DNA from: Planctomycetota bacterium
Lineage (GTDB): Bacteria > Planctomycetota > Phycisphaerae > Phycisphaerales > UBA1924
Direction of reading: 5' to 3'
DNA length: 64,000 bases
Assembly (NCBI GenBank): GCA_033763795.1
Contig: JANRJV010000011.1
Location: 83,840 to 147,839 of the forward strand
The notes beneath the pieces were generated by a model that was given only the letters and a program-made list of their open reading frames with translations, did no database searches and was not told the origin of the DNA. Both the position numbers and the translations under genes were made by a program. This document shows positions 47,575-57,590 of the stretch, in pieces (position 1 is the first letter of the stretch; every line of letters begins with the position of its first letter).

Positions 47575-48009
47575 ATGTTCATCAGCGGCATCACCGACAC
47601 CGGCGCCCTGCCCGTCCTCGAAAAGACCGTCCAGTTCGCCGCGCGCCGCCACGAGCTCATCGCCCACAACATCGCCAACCTCTCCACCCCGAACTTCCAG
47701 CCCCGCGACGTCTCCGTCACCGGCTTCCAGGCCGCCCTCGCCGAGGCCGTCGACCGCCGCCGCGCAAGGGCCGCCGGCCGCGGCCCGCTCGACTTCCCCG
47801 GCACGCGCGAAGTGCGCCCCACCGCGCAGGGACTGCGCCTCCGCCCCATGTCGCCTTCACACAACGTCCTCTTCCACGACCGCAACAACCGCGACCTCGA
47901 GCGCACCATGCAGGACATGGTCGAGAACCTCACCGCCTTCCGCGCGGCATCAGACTTGCTCAAGAACAGGATGGATCTCCTCAACGCCGCCATCCGCGAG
48001 CGGCCCTGA
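47575..48009 (+). CDS. flgB: Flagellar basal-body rod protein FlgB
   Basis: AARRHELIAHNIANLSTPNFQPRDV matches the FlgB N-terminal motif. Size and position before flgC fit. Confidence 0.9.
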   Translation: MFISGITDTGALPVLEKTVQFAARRHELIAHNIANLSTPNFQPRDVSVTGFQAALAEAVDRRRARAAGRGPLDFPGTREVRPTAQGLRLRPMSPSHNVLFHDRNNRDLERTMQDMVENLTAFRAASDLLKNRMDLLNAAIRERP

Positions 48010-48079
48010 TCCGACGAACGCACGCGAAGCGAGCACGGGAGCATGACCGGCCGGAACCCGGCCGCGAACGGAGCACACG

Positions 48080-48511
48080 GTGTACGGCGTACTCGACATC
48101 TCGGTCAGCGGAATGGTCGCACAGCGCGTCCGAATGGACACCATCGCCGCCAACCTCGCCAACCGCGACACCATCCTCGACGCGGAGGGAAACCCAAACC
48201 CCTTCCGCCGCCGCAGCGTCATCTTCACCCCGGGCGACCCCGACGCCACCTCCGACCGCGCCCGCCAGCTGGGCGTCCACGTCTCAGCCATCGAAGAGGA
48301 CCAGGGAGACTTCCGCAAGGTCTGGGACCCCGACAGCCCCTACGCCCGCCCCGTCGGCACCCCCGACGCCGGCTACGTCTACTTCCCCAACGTCGATTCC
48401 GTCACCGAGAACATCAACGCCGTCGACGCCGTCCGCGCCTACGAGGCCAACGTGGCGGCGGCCGAAGCCACCAAGAGCATGCTCGCCCAGGCCCTGCGCC
48501 TGATCGCCTGA
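48080..48511 (+). CDS. flgC: Flagellar basal-body rod protein FlgC
   Basis: DISVSGMVAQRVRMDTIAANLANRDT at the N-terminus and VTENINAVDAVRAYEANVAAAEATKSMLAQAL at the C-terminus are typical of FlgC. GTG start 6 nt after a GGAG. Confidence 0.9.
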   Translation: MYGVLDISVSGMVAQRVRMDTIAANLANRDTILDAEGNPNPFRRRSVIFTPGDPDATSDRARQLGVHVSAIEEDQGDFRKVWDPDSPYARPVGTPDAGYVYFPNVDSVTENINAVDAVRAYEANVAAAEATKSMLAQALRLIA

Positions 48512-48567
48512 CCCCCATCGGACCGATCTCACATAGGCCCTGATCTCGGGCGGAGCCGAACGCAGCG

Positions 48568-48894
48568 ATGATTGACCCGATCGGCATGCTGGGACCCAAC
48601 CGCGCAGCCGGCCTCACGCCGCGCACCGACGTCGCCGCCCCCGCCGGCCCCGGCCAGACCGAGGGCCAGGGCCCCGTCAGCTTCAAAGACCTCCTCATGA
48701 AGAACCTCGGAGAGGTCAACGAGCTCCAGAAGGACGCCACCAGCGCCATCGAGGACCTGCAGACCGGCCGCCGCAACGACGTCGAGAGCGTCCTCATCGC
48801 CACCGCAAAGGCCGACACCGCCTTCCGCATGCTGCTCGCCGTCCGCAACAAGATGATGGACGCCTACGAAGAGATCAAGCAGATCCGCGTCTGA
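48568..48894 (+). CDS. fliE: Flagellar hook-basal body protein FliE
   Basis: FKDLLMKNLGEVNELQKDA...DVESVLIATAKADTAFRMLLAVRNKMMDAYEEI matches the FliE pattern. Confidence 0.85.
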   Translation: MIDPIGMLGPNRAAGLTPRTDVAAPAGPGQTEGQGPVSFKDLLMKNLGEVNELQKDATSAIEDLQTGRRNDVESVLIATAKADTAFRMLLAVRNKMMDAYEEIKQIRV

Positions 48895-49092
48895 CGCCGT
48901 CCTGCGCTCCCGCCCCCCGGGCCCTGACGGCCCGGCGTTGACCGCCCGGCGCCCCCGGGCGTTCTCCCCCGTCCCCAACTTTCAAGACCCCCGCGCCACG
49001 CGACCGAAACGGAAGGTGTTCCGGCCTCGGCGTTGTGCCGTGCGCCGGAACGGTGCGCGGAGCGCGCCGCCAGCGGGCACGGAGGCTCGGCG

Positions 49093-50787
49093 ATGGAACC
49101 CCTTCGACGCGCGATGACGCAGGTGTGGGCCGTGGTGTCCAAGATGACGCCCACTCAGAAGCTCCTCATCGGCGCCGTCGCCGTCATCCTCGTCATGACG
49201 CTCTTCCTCGTCCAGCTCTACACGGGCCGGCCCTCCATGGTCGCGCTCATGCCCGGCGCATCGGGCGAGCAGCAGCAGGCCGCCGTCCGCTACATCCAGG
49301 CCGCCGGATTCGAGTACGAGACCCGCGAGGGACAGATCTACGTCCCCGTCGGCTCGCAGCGCGTCATCCTCGCCCAGATGGCCGAGAACAACGCCATGCC
49401 CGGCGACTCGCGCATCCTCTTCGACAACCTCATCAACAAGCAGTCCTGGACCATGAGCCAGCGGCAGAACCAGCAGCTCGAGGTCATCGCCGTCCAGAAC
49501 GAGCTCTCCGCCATCATCTCACGCATGTCGGGCGTCAAGTCCGCCAGCGTCATCCTCAACATCCCCGAGAAACGCTCGCTGGGCCAGCCCTCCGCCGAGC
49601 CCTCCGCCTCCGCCACCATCTTCCCCACCCGACCGCTCACCTCCGACACCGTCGACAGCATCGCCCACCTCGTCGCCGGATCCCGGGGCCTCGACCCCAA
49701 GAACGTCCGCGTCATCGACGCCTCCACCAACCGCCAGTACCGCGCCCGCGACGAAGACAACATGACCGCCTCGACCTACCTCGAGTTCGTCGCCGCCGTC
49801 GAGTCCCGCAAGCAGTCCCAGATCCACGAGATGCTCGCCGCATACATCCCCGGCGTCATCGTCACCGTCCACGCACAGGTCGACGTCACCCGCCGCCGCA
49901 CCGAGACCAAGAGCGTCCTCCCCGAGGGCAAGGGCTCCGCCTCCCTCCTCGCCGCCGAAACCACCACCACCCGCGAAGACCGCTCCGCCTCATCCGGGGG
50001 CGAGCCCGGCCCGCGCAGCAACACCCGCGAAGACATCACCGGGCTCGGCGGCGCCGCACCACCCGCCAGCAAGGAAGCCACCAGCGACTCGCAGTTCAAC
50101 ACCGAGTTCGGCCGAGAGGTCCGCGTCGTCGAAGATCCCCGAGGCAACCCCACAAAGATCAACGCCGTCGTCAACATCCCCCGCAGCTACTTCGCCGAGG
50201 TCTGGCGCACCCGCCAGCCCGCCGCCAACGCCGCCAACGCCGCCCCCAACGCCCCCGCCGCCGAGCCCACCGACAACGACCTCCAGCCCATCGTCGACGC
50301 CGAGACCGCCCGCATCAAGCGCGAGGTCGAGCTCCAGATCGACACCTCCGCCGGCGCCGAAACAACCCGCGGCGAGGTCCAGGTCTCAATGGTCCCGCTC
50401 ACCATCCCGACCGCCTCCGCCGCGCCCCAGTCCGCCTCCATGCTGGGCATCCCCACGGGCACGCTCGCCGTCGACGGCCTCGTCCGCACCGTGGGCCTGG
50501 GCGCCCTCGCCGTCGTCGCACTGGGCATGGTCGTCATGACCGCCATGCGCGCCAGCAAACGCGAGCCGCTCCCCACCGCCGCCGAGCTCGTCGGAGTGCC
50601 CCCCGCGCTCGAGGGAGACGCGGACCTCATCGGAGAGGCCGGTGAGGCCGACTCCGCCCTCCAGGGCCTCGAACTTTCCGAAGACGAGCTCCGCACCCAG
50701 AAGGTCAGCGAGCAGGTCGCCGAGATGGTCAAGGAAAAGCCGCAGGACGCAGCACGCCTCGTCGGACGCTGGATCGCCGGCACGTGA
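49093..50787 (+). CDS. fliF: Flagellar MS-ring protein FliF
   Basis: ATG at 49093, 7 nt after a GGAGG. N-terminal TM KLLIGAVAVILVMTLFLV. YscJ/FliF-type periplasmic domains. Second TM GLGALAVVALGMVVMTAM and an acidic C-terminus. Confidence 0.85.
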   Translation: MEPLRRAMTQVWAVVSKMTPTQKLLIGAVAVILVMTLFLVQLYTGRPSMVALMPGASGEQQQAAVRYIQAAGFEYETREGQIYVPVGSQRVILAQMAENNAMPGDSRILFDNLINKQSWTMSQRQNQQLEVIAVQNELSAIISRMSGVKSASVILNIPEKRSLGQPSAEPSASATIFPTRPLTSDTVDSIAHLVAGSRGLDPKNVRVIDASTNRQYRARDEDNMTASTYLEFVAAVESRKQSQIHEMLAAYIPGVIVTVHAQVDVTRRRTETKSVLPEGKGSASLLAAETTTTREDRSASSGGEPGPRSNTREDITGLGGAAPPASKEATSDSQFNTEFGREVRVVEDPRGNPTKINAVVNIPRSYFAEVWRTRQPAANAANAAPNAPAAEPTDNDLQPIVDAETARIKREVELQIDTSAGAETTRGEVQVSMVPLTIPTASAAPQSASMLGIPTGTLAVDGLVRTVGLGALAVVALGMVVMTAMRASKREPLPTAAELVGVPPALEGDADLIGEAGEADSALQGLELSEDELRTQKVSEQVAEMVKEKPQDAARLVGRWIAGT

Positions 50788-50802
50788 AGCGCGGGAGACG
50801 CA

Positions 50803-51843
50803 ATGCCCCGAAAGCCCGGTGAAAAACTCCCCGAAAACGCCAGCGAGCTCGACGGCGTCACCCGCGCCGCCATCCTCCTGCTCACCATCGGCCCAGAACG
50901 CGCCGGCGCCATCCTCAAGTTCCTCCCCGCCGAGCAGATCGAGGAAGTCACCCGCGAGCTCGCCGGCATCGGCATCGTCCCCGAAAAGCTCCGCAACCAG
51001 GTCCTCGAAGAGTTCTACGCCGTCTCTCTCGCCAACCAGATGGGCACCGAGGGCGGCCTCGACTACGCCAAGGAGATCCTCAAGGGATCGCTCGACCCCA
51101 AGAGCGCCGAGCGCGTCCTCCAGCAGATCCAGACCCAGGTCCAGCGCACGCCCTTCGCCTTCCTCCAGAAGGCCGAAGCGGAGAACCTCCTCACCTTCAT
51201 CCAGGACGAGCACCCCCAGACCATCGCCCTGATCGTCTGCCACCTCCCGCACCACAAGGCCGCCGAGATCCTCGTGGGCCTCCCCCAGCAGAAGCAGGTC
51301 GAGGTCATCAAGCGCATCGCCAACATGGAGCAGACCAACCCCGAGGTCATCCGCGAGGTCGAGAAGGGCCTCGAGTCGCGCCTCGCCACCATGCTCACCC
51401 AGTCCATGGAGAAGGCCGGCGGCGTCGAGACCGTCGCCGAGATCCTCAACCTCGCCGACCGCACCAGCGAAAAAGCCATCATGGAGGGCCTCGAGGCCGA
51501 GGACCCCGAGCTCGTCGAAGAGATCCGCAGGCTCATGTTCGTCTTCGAAGACGTCAAGATGGTCGACGACAAGGGCATCCAGGCCGTCCTCCGCGAGGTC
51601 GACAACAGCGAGCTCGCCCTCGCCCTCAAGACCGCCTCCGAAGAGCTCAAGTCCAAGATCTTCTCCAACATGTCAGAACGCGCCGCCGCACTCATCAAGG
51701 AAGACATGGAGTTCATGGGCCCCGTCCGCGTCACGGACGTCGAGTCCGCCCAGCAGCGCATCGTCGACATCGTCCGCCGCCTCGAAGAGGCGGGCGAGAT
51801 CATCATCGCCGGCCGCGGCGGCGCCGAGGAGCTCGTGGTGTGA
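50803..51843 (+). CDS. fliG: Flagellar motor switch protein FliG
   Basis: AAILLLTIGPERAGAILKFL, EHPQTIALIVCHL, MFVFEDV and DVESAQQRIVDIVRRLEEAGEI are FliG hallmarks. Confidence 0.9.
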   Translation: MPRKPGEKLPENASELDGVTRAAILLLTIGPERAGAILKFLPAEQIEEVTRELAGIGIVPEKLRNQVLEEFYAVSLANQMGTEGGLDYAKEILKGSLDPKSAERVLQQIQTQVQRTPFAFLQKAEAENLLTFIQDEHPQTIALIVCHLPHHKAAEILVGLPQQKQVEVIKRIANMEQTNPEVIREVEKGLESRLATMLTQSMEKAGGVETVAEILNLADRTSEKAIMEGLEAEDPELVEEIRRLMFVFEDVKMVDDKGIQAVLREVDNSELALALKTASEELKSKIFSNMSERAAALIKEDMEFMGPVRVTDVESAQQRIVDIVRRLEEAGEIIIAGRGGAEELVV

Positions 51844-51889
51844 ACACCCCCGACCGCACCGACCGCACCGCCACCGGACCGCACGACTG

Positions 51890-52672
51890 ATGCCCGTCGT
51901 CAAGCGCGCCGACTCCCAGAACATGCCCCGTCCCGCCCTCGTGCTGGACCTGGGCGATCTCCGCCGGGAAGCCGAGGCCCTCGAAGCCGCCACCCGCGCG
52001 AACATCGCCGCCATGCTCGAGGAGGCCCGCGCCGAACGCGCCCGCATCGTCGCCGGCGCCCGCGAAGAGGGCCTCAAATCCGGCCACGCCGAGGGCTACC
52101 GCAAGGGCCACGAAGAAGGCCGCGCCGCCGGCCGCGCCGAGGCCATCGCGCAGACCTCCGCACGACTGGGCGAGCTCGCCACCGCCCTTTCCGCCGTTCT
52201 CGACGCCTTCACCGCCGCCCGCGAGGAGCTCCTCCTCTCCGCCCGCGCCGAGGTCCTCGCCTTCGCCGTCGCCGCCGCCGAACGCGTGACGCGCCGCGTC
52301 ATCGCCATCGACCCCGGCGTCGTCGCGGGCCAGCTCGAAGCCGCCCTCGCAATGACCGTCGCCCCGTCCCGCCTCTTCGTCCGCGTCCACCCCGACGACG
52401 AAGCCCTCGCCCGCGAGATCCTCCCCACGCTCGTCGAGCGCTTCGCCCCCGGCGCCCACGCCGTCCTCTCGCCCGACTCCACCCTCGCCCGCGGCTCGGC
52501 GCTCATCCGCACCGAGCTGGGCGAGGTCGACGCCTCCATCGACACACAGCTCGACCGCATCATCGAGGCCGTCCTGCCCGGCCAGCCCCGCCCGTCGGGC
52601 CCCGCCGCTCCTCCCTCTGCGCCCCCGCCCTCTTCGCCCCCCGCGCCGCCCGCCGGAGAACCCGCCGCATGA
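51890..52672 (+). CDS. fliH: Flagellar assembly protein FliH
   Basis: Charged helical N-terminus (EEARAERARIVAGAREEGLKSGHAEGYRKGHEEGRAAG) and C-terminus GSALIRTELGEVDASIDTQLDRI. ATGA overlap with fliI. Confidence 0.75.
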   Translation: MPVVKRADSQNMPRPALVLDLGDLRREAEALEAATRANIAAMLEEARAERARIVAGAREEGLKSGHAEGYRKGHEEGRAAGRAEAIAQTSARLGELATALSAVLDAFTAAREELLLSARAEVLAFAVAAAERVTRRVIAIDPGVVAGQLEAALAMTVAPSRLFVRVHPDDEALAREILPTLVERFAPGAHAVLSPDSTLARGSALIRTELGEVDASIDTQLDRIIEAVLPGQPRPSGPAAPPSAPPPSSPPAPPAGEPAA

Positions 52673-54042
52673 GCGCCCTCGCCCACGCCATGCAGGCCCT
52701 CCGCCGCGTCGAGCCCATCAGGCTCACCGGCACCGTCGCCGCCCTCCGCGGCCTCACACTCACCGTCGACGATCTCCCCCTCACCGTCGGATCGCTCGTC
52801 CGCGTCCGCACCTTCGCCGCCGGCCGCGTCGCCGAACTCCCGGGAGAAGTCGTCGGCTTCGAGGGACGACGCGCCGTCGTCATGATGCTCGGCCCCACCG
52901 CGGGCATCCGGCCGGGCGACCGCGTCATCAGCCAGCAGACATCGCCGACCGTCGGCATAGGCCGCCGCCTCCTGGGCCGCGTCATCAACGGCCTGGGCCA
53001 GCCCATCGACGGCGCACCGCTCCCGCCCGCGCTCGCCGCCGCCCCCATCAGCCCCGAACCGCTCCAGGCCCTCCGCCGCGCCCGCATCAAGGCCATCCTC
53101 CCGACGGGCGTACGCGCCATGGACCTCATGACCACCGTCGGCCGCGGACAACGCATGGGAATCTTCGCCGGCCCCGGCGTCGGCAAGAGCACACTCCTCG
53201 GCATGATCGCACGACGCGCCGCCGCCGACGTCAACGTCATCGCCCTCATAGGCGAACGCGGCCGCGAAGTCCGCGAGTTCATCGAGGAATCGCTCGGGCC
53301 CGAGGGCCTCGCACGCTCCATCGTCGTCGTCTCCACCAGCGACGAGTCCGCGCTCATGCGCGTCCGCGCCGCCCAGGTCGCCTGCGCCGCCGCCGAACAC
53401 TTCCGCGATCAGGGCCTCGACGTCATGCTCATGATCGACTCGATCACCCGCTTCGCCCACGCACAGCGGCAGATCGGCCTCGCCGTGGGAGAGCCCCCCG
53501 CCACCAAGGGCTACACCCCGAGCGTCTTCGCCGCACTCCCCGCAATCCTCGAGCGCGCCGGCGCCGTCGAAGCAGCCCCCGAATCCCCCGCGGGCTCGAT
53601 CACCGGCTTCTACACCATTCTCGTCGAAGGCGACGACATGACCGAGCCCATCAGCGACGCCGCACGCGGCATCCTCGACGGCCACGTCGTCCTCTCCCGC
53701 GCCCTCGCCCACCGCGCCCACTTCCCCGCCATCGACGTCCTCGACTCGATCAGCCGCGTCGCCTCCCAGATCTGCGACCCCGATCATCTCGCAGCCCGCT
53801 CCGCCGTCGTCCGCCTCATGGCCGCCTACCGCGAAGTCGAGGACCTCATCCAGATCGGCGCCTACGCACAGGGACAGAACCCGCTCACCGACGCCGCCAT
53901 TGCTCTCAAGCCCCGCATCGACGCCCTCCTCCAGCAGAAGACGGGCGACGCCGAGGCCTTCCTCGCTTCGCGCTCCCGCCTCCTCGAGGTCGCCCGCGAC
54001 GCCCAGCGACTCATGGCCTCCCCGGCCGGACGGAGAAACTGA
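52669..54042 (+). CDS. fliI: Flagellum-specific ATPase FliI
   Basis: Walker A GIFAGPGVGKSTLLGMI, Walker B DVMLMIDSITRFA, PPATKGYTPSVF, EGDDMTEPI. Confidence 0.9.
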   Translation: MSALAHAMQALRRVEPIRLTGTVAALRGLTLTVDDLPLTVGSLVRVRTFAAGRVAELPGEVVGFEGRRAVVMMLGPTAGIRPGDRVISQQTSPTVGIGRRLLGRVINGLGQPIDGAPLPPALAAAPISPEPLQALRRARIKAILPTGVRAMDLMTTVGRGQRMGIFAGPGVGKSTLLGMIARRAAADVNVIALIGERGREVREFIEESLGPEGLARSIVVVSTSDESALMRVRAAQVACAAAEHFRDQGLDVMLMIDSITRFAHAQRQIGLAVGEPPATKGYTPSVFAALPAILERAGAVEAAPESPAGSITGFYTILVEGDDMTEPISDAARGILDGHVVLSRALAHRAHFPAIDVLDSISRVASQICDPDHLAARSAVVRLMAAYREVEDLIQIGAYAQGQNPLTDAAIALKPRIDALLQQKTGDAEAFLASRSRLLEVARDAQRLMASPAGRRN

Positions 54043-54045
54043 CCC

Positions 54046-54516
54046 GTGCCCCGCTTCGTCTTCAAGCTCGAAGCCGTCCTCGAGCAGCGCCGCCACGCCG
54101 AGCGCCAGAAGCAGCGCGCCGTCGCCGCCCTCGAAGCCGCACGCCAGGAGCTCGAAGCCGCCATCGCCCGCGGCCAGCGCGAGATCCGCGCCTGCAAGGA
54201 AGACCTCCGCGCCCTGCTCGGCGCCTCCGCCGCGGGGCCCGTCGAGCTAGCGCCCGTGCGGCTCCAGGCCGTCGCCTCCCTCCACGCCCAGGCCCGCACC
54301 CAGCGCCTCGCGCTCAAGCTCGCCGGCGTCTACAAGCAGCTCGACGCCGCCCGCGCCGAGCTCCTCTCCGCCGCCACCGCGCGCAAGGCCGTCGAGCTCC
54401 TCCGCGAACGCCGACTCGCCGAGTGGAAACGCGACCTCGCACGCAGGGAGAACGCCGAGCTCGACGAGATCGCCACCATCCGCGCCGCCCGACTCCGCAC
54501 ACCCGGAACCCACTGA
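54046..54516 (+). CDS. fliJ: Flagellar export chaperone FliJ
   Basis: ~155-aa all-helical coiled coil starting RFVFKLEAVLEQRRHAERQKQ, placed directly after fliI. Confidence 0.7.
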   Translation: MPRFVFKLEAVLEQRRHAERQKQRAVAALEAARQELEAAIARGQREIRACKEDLRALLGASAAGPVELAPVRLQAVASLHAQARTQRLALKLAGVYKQLDAARAELLSAATARKAVELLRERRLAEWKRDLARRENAELDEIATIRAARLRTPGTH

Positions 54517-54528
54517 GCGAGCACACCC

Positions 54529-55257
54529 ATGCGCAGCATCTGGATCATCATCTCGACTCTCGCAATCGCCAACCTCCTGGGCATCGCGGGGTTCCTCGGA
54601 TGGCTCCAGACCAGCGGCCGCCTCAACCGCGACCGCGTCGAACGCATCCGCACCATCCTCGCCCCCACCGTCGCCACCGAGCAGGCCGAGGAGCAGCGCC
54701 GACAGGCCGAGGCCGAGACCGCCCGCCAGGCCGCCGAAGCCGCCGCCAAGGTGGGCGTCAAGCCCCTCACCGCCGAGCAGCGCCTCGAAGACGCCGCCGG
54801 CCAGGAAGAGGTCGACGCCCAGCGCTCCCGAAGAGTCCAGCGCGAAACCACCGACCTCATCAACACGCTCATGCGCGAACGCGAACAACTCGACCGCGAA
54901 CGCGCAAAGTTCGACGCCGACGTCGCCGCCTTCAAGGAGATGCGCGCCCGCATCGCCGAGCAGGAAGGCTCCGAACAGTTCCAGAAGACCGTCCAGCTCT
55001 ACCAGTCCGTCAAGCCCGCCGACGCCAAGAACATGATGGCCTCGCTCATCCAGACCGGCAAAAAGGATCAGGTGGTCTCCTATCTCAACGCGCTCGCCCC
55101 ACGCAACGCCTCCAAGATCCTCGCCGAGTTCCAGGTGGATGACCCCGCTCTGGCAGCGGATTTGCTCGAACGACTCAGGCTCCTCGGCACGGCCCTGGCG
55201 CCCGAGTCACCGGGCGCAGCGCAGGAACCCGTCGCCGCGGCCAAGCCCGAGGGCTGA
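54529..55257 (+). CDS. MotE/YlxF-like flagellar protein (N-terminal TM, coiled coil, MgtE-N/PDP-type C-terminal domain)
   Basis: TM IWIIISTLAIANLLGIAGFLGWL. C-terminus YQSVKPADAKNMMASL..VVSYLNALAPRNASKILAEF. It holds the same position as ylxF in the Bacillus fla operon. Confidence 0.5.
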   Translation: MRSIWIIISTLAIANLLGIAGFLGWLQTSGRLNRDRVERIRTILAPTVATEQAEEQRRQAEAETARQAAEAAAKVGVKPLTAEQRLEDAAGQEEVDAQRSRRVQRETTDLINTLMREREQLDRERAKFDADVAAFKEMRARIAEQEGSEQFQKTVQLYQSVKPADAKNMMASLIQTGKKDQVVSYLNALAPRNASKILAEFQVDDPALAADLLERLRLLGTALAPESPGAAQEPVAAAKPEG

Positions 55258-55259
55258 CG

Positions 55260-56990
55260 ATGAAACTCAATCCGCTGGCGGGAATCACCGGGGTCGGCGC
55301 CGCAGCCGCCAACGCCGGAGCGATCAATCTCGCCTCCGCCGCGTCGCGCGCCCCCTCTCTCGCCGAGTTCGCCGGCCCCGCCGCCTCGTCCCACAGCGGG
55401 CCCGACGCCGCCGACGCGGGCCGCGATGATCCCGCCAGCTTCGATGCGCTCCTCCGCCGCTCCCGCTCCGCCCACGAGCGCCAGACCGACACGCACCAGC
55501 CGCGCGAGCGCGCCTCCGACCGCGCCCGCGAGACCGAGGACCCCGACCCCGACGCCGACGCCGCCGACACCGCCGACAACGACGCCGCGCACTCGCGGCG
55601 CGACACCGCGCAGAAAGACGACGCCGCCGACGCCGAAGCTGCGCCGGTCGCGCTCGACCTCTCATCCGAGCTCCCGCCGGCCGAAGAGCCCGCCGACCCC
55701 GCCCCGGCCCCCGCACCCCAATCCAACGCCCCCTCGAGCGACGCACCGCGCTCCGCCGGCAACGGCGGCTCCGCCTCCACGCCCCTCGCCCCCGACAAGC
55801 ACGCCACCTCCGACAACGCCATCTCCGGTCCCCCCGCCGCTCAGCACACGGGCCAGGGCGGCTCTCCGGGCTTCCCCACCGCCCCGCCCGTCCCCGGCGC
55901 TCCCGCAGCTCCCGCCTCCGGCCGCGCGCTCAGCACGGCACCCGTCTCCAAGCGCGCCCGCACGGCCGACTCCGTCGCCGCCAAGCCCGCCGAACGCGCC
56001 CCCGTCACGACGGGCCCGAGCGATCTCCCCGGCGCGCCGACATCAGCTTCAGGCGCCGCCGCCACGCAGGCCGCCGCAGCCGACGCACAACCGGAGCAGT
56101 GGGGGGCCCACACACCCGCCGATCCCGCCGCCGCCGCGCATCCTTCCGCCGCCGGCCCGGCCGACGACTCCGCCGCACGCGCCGCCGCCGCTCGCAGCGC
56201 CGACCCTGCCCGCTCCGCTTCTCGCCGCCGCTCGGGCGAAGCCGCTGCCGAGTCGACGCCACCCGCTTCCGCCGCCGCCGCGGCCCCAGTCACACCCTTC
56301 CTCCGCCGCGAGGAATCGCTCTTCACCCTCGAGCGCGCCCCCGGCCCCGCCGCGACGCCCCTCCTCCCCACCAAGCCACTCGCCGCGGCGTCCGCCGCCC
56401 GCACCGCGCAGAACGCGCCCGCTTCCGCAACTCCCGCACGACCAGGCGCAACCGATGCCGATCCCGCGCTCCTCGCCACGCAACGCGGCCTCTCCGCCGC
56501 ACTCGCTCAGCGAGGCGGCACCGTCACCATGAGACTCGTCCCCGAAGCTCTGGGCCAGATCCGCATCGAAATGCACATCGAACGCGGCGCCGTCTCCGTC
56601 CGCATCGAGACCGCCACCGCTTCGGCACAGACCTTGCTCGACGAGAACCTCGCGTCGCTCCGCTCCACGCTGGAAGCAAGGGGCCTCTCGGTCGAGCGAC
56701 TCAGCGTCCAGCCCGGGCTCGCCGGGCACGCGCCGCAAACCGCACAGCACGCGGGATCACAGCCGGGGACCGGCCAGCAGACAGGGAACGAGCCCCAGGG
56801 ATGGGACGGGCCCACGGACGACCGCGGCGGAGGCCACGCGTCGCACCAGCACGAAGGCGGGGCGCACGGAAGCGCCTCGGGTTCGAGGGATCAGGACGAT
56901 CCAGAGTTCACCGCCGGCGGCCTCATGGGCGGAGACGACGCCACGCGCTTCGACTCCACACTCCGCCTCAGGCTCCAGGCCCACGCCTGA
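55260..56990 (+). CDS. fliK: Flagellar hook-length control protein FliK
   Basis: Long Ala/Pro/Asp-rich low-complexity N-terminal two-thirds, then a Flg_hook-type C-terminal domain (GTVTMRLVPEALGQIRIEMHIERGAVSVRIETATASAQTLLDENLASLRSTLEARGLSVERLSV). Confidence 0.7.
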   Translation: MKLNPLAGITGVGAAAANAGAINLASAASRAPSLAEFAGPAASSHSGPDAADAGRDDPASFDALLRRSRSAHERQTDTHQPRERASDRARETEDPDPDADAADTADNDAAHSRRDTAQKDDAADAEAAPVALDLSSELPPAEEPADPAPAPAPQSNAPSSDAPRSAGNGGSASTPLAPDKHATSDNAISGPPAAQHTGQGGSPGFPTAPPVPGAPAAPASGRALSTAPVSKRARTADSVAAKPAERAPVTTGPSDLPGAPTSASGAAATQAAAADAQPEQWGAHTPADPAAAAHPSAAGPADDSAARAAAARSADPARSASRRRSGEAAAESTPPASAAAAAPVTPFLRREESLFTLERAPGPAATPLLPTKPLAAASAARTAQNAPASATPARPGATDADPALLATQRGLSAALAQRGGTVTMRLVPEALGQIRIEMHIERGAVSVRIETATASAQTLLDENLASLRSTLEARGLSVERLSVQPGLAGHAPQTAQHAGSQPGTGQQTGNEPQGWDGPTDDRGGGHASHQHEGGAHGSASGSRDQDDPEFTAGGLMGGDDATRFDSTLRLRLQAHA

Positions 56991-57014
56991 CCGTCACACC
57001 GAAGGGAGCGAGCG

Positions 57015-57590
57015 GTGTCAGCCATCTCCGGATTCACATCGGCGCAGACGCGCGACGCCCAGTCCAATCCCTATGAGACCCTCACCAGCGAGGATTTCAT
57101 CCGCGTCATGTTCGCCGAACTGACCCGGCAGGACCCCACCAAGCCCACCGAGAGCAAGGACCTCCTCGAGCAGATCGGCACCATCCGATCCATCGAGAGC
57201 GACGTCTCGCTCACCAAGCGCCTCGAGGAGATCTCCAAGCAGAACGAGATCGCCTCCGCAGGCAGCCTCGTCGGCAAGTTCGCCGAGGGCAAGACCGACT
57301 CGGGCATCACCGCCAACGGCTTCATCGACTCCGTAAGCGTCACCCGCACCGGCATGGTCCTCAACCTCTCGACCGGCGTCAGCGTCCCGCTCTCGCGGCT
57401 CGAACGCATCGTCGACCCCGCCCTCATCTCCGGAACCCCGCCGCCCCCCGCGGACGACGACGATCCCGCCGAAGAACCCGGAACCGACGACCCCACCGGC
57501 GGCACCGACGACCCCACCAACACCCCGACCACCCCCGCGCCCCAGCCCGGCACGCCCGCGCCGAACGCCGGATGGGAGGGCGAGATTTGA
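57015..57590 (+). CDS. flgD: Flagellar hook capping/assembly protein FlgD
   Basis: LTSEDFIRVMFAELTRQDPTKPTESKDLLEQIGTIRSIES is the FlgD N-terminal motif. GTG start. Confidence 0.85.
   Translation: MSAISGFTSAQTRDAQSNPYETLTSEDFIRVMFAELTRQDPTKPTESKDLLEQIGTIRSIESDVSLTKRLEEISKQNEIASAGSLVGKFAEGKTDSGITANGFIDSVSVTRTGMVLNLSTGVSVPLSRLERIVDPALISGTPPPPADDDDPAEEPGTDDPTGGTDDPTNTPTTPAPQPGTPAPNAGWEGEI

Noticed and set aside
52096-54096. 666-aa minus-strand ORF
   Set aside because: It is antisense to fliH and fliI, which carry clear Walker motifs. It is a shadow ORF.
55260-56400. Extremely Ala/Pro/Asp-rich segment with many overlapping ORFs in all frames
   Set aside because: It is consistent with the disordered ruler region of FliK, followed by a recognisable Flg_hook C-terminal domain. 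It is not a separate feature.
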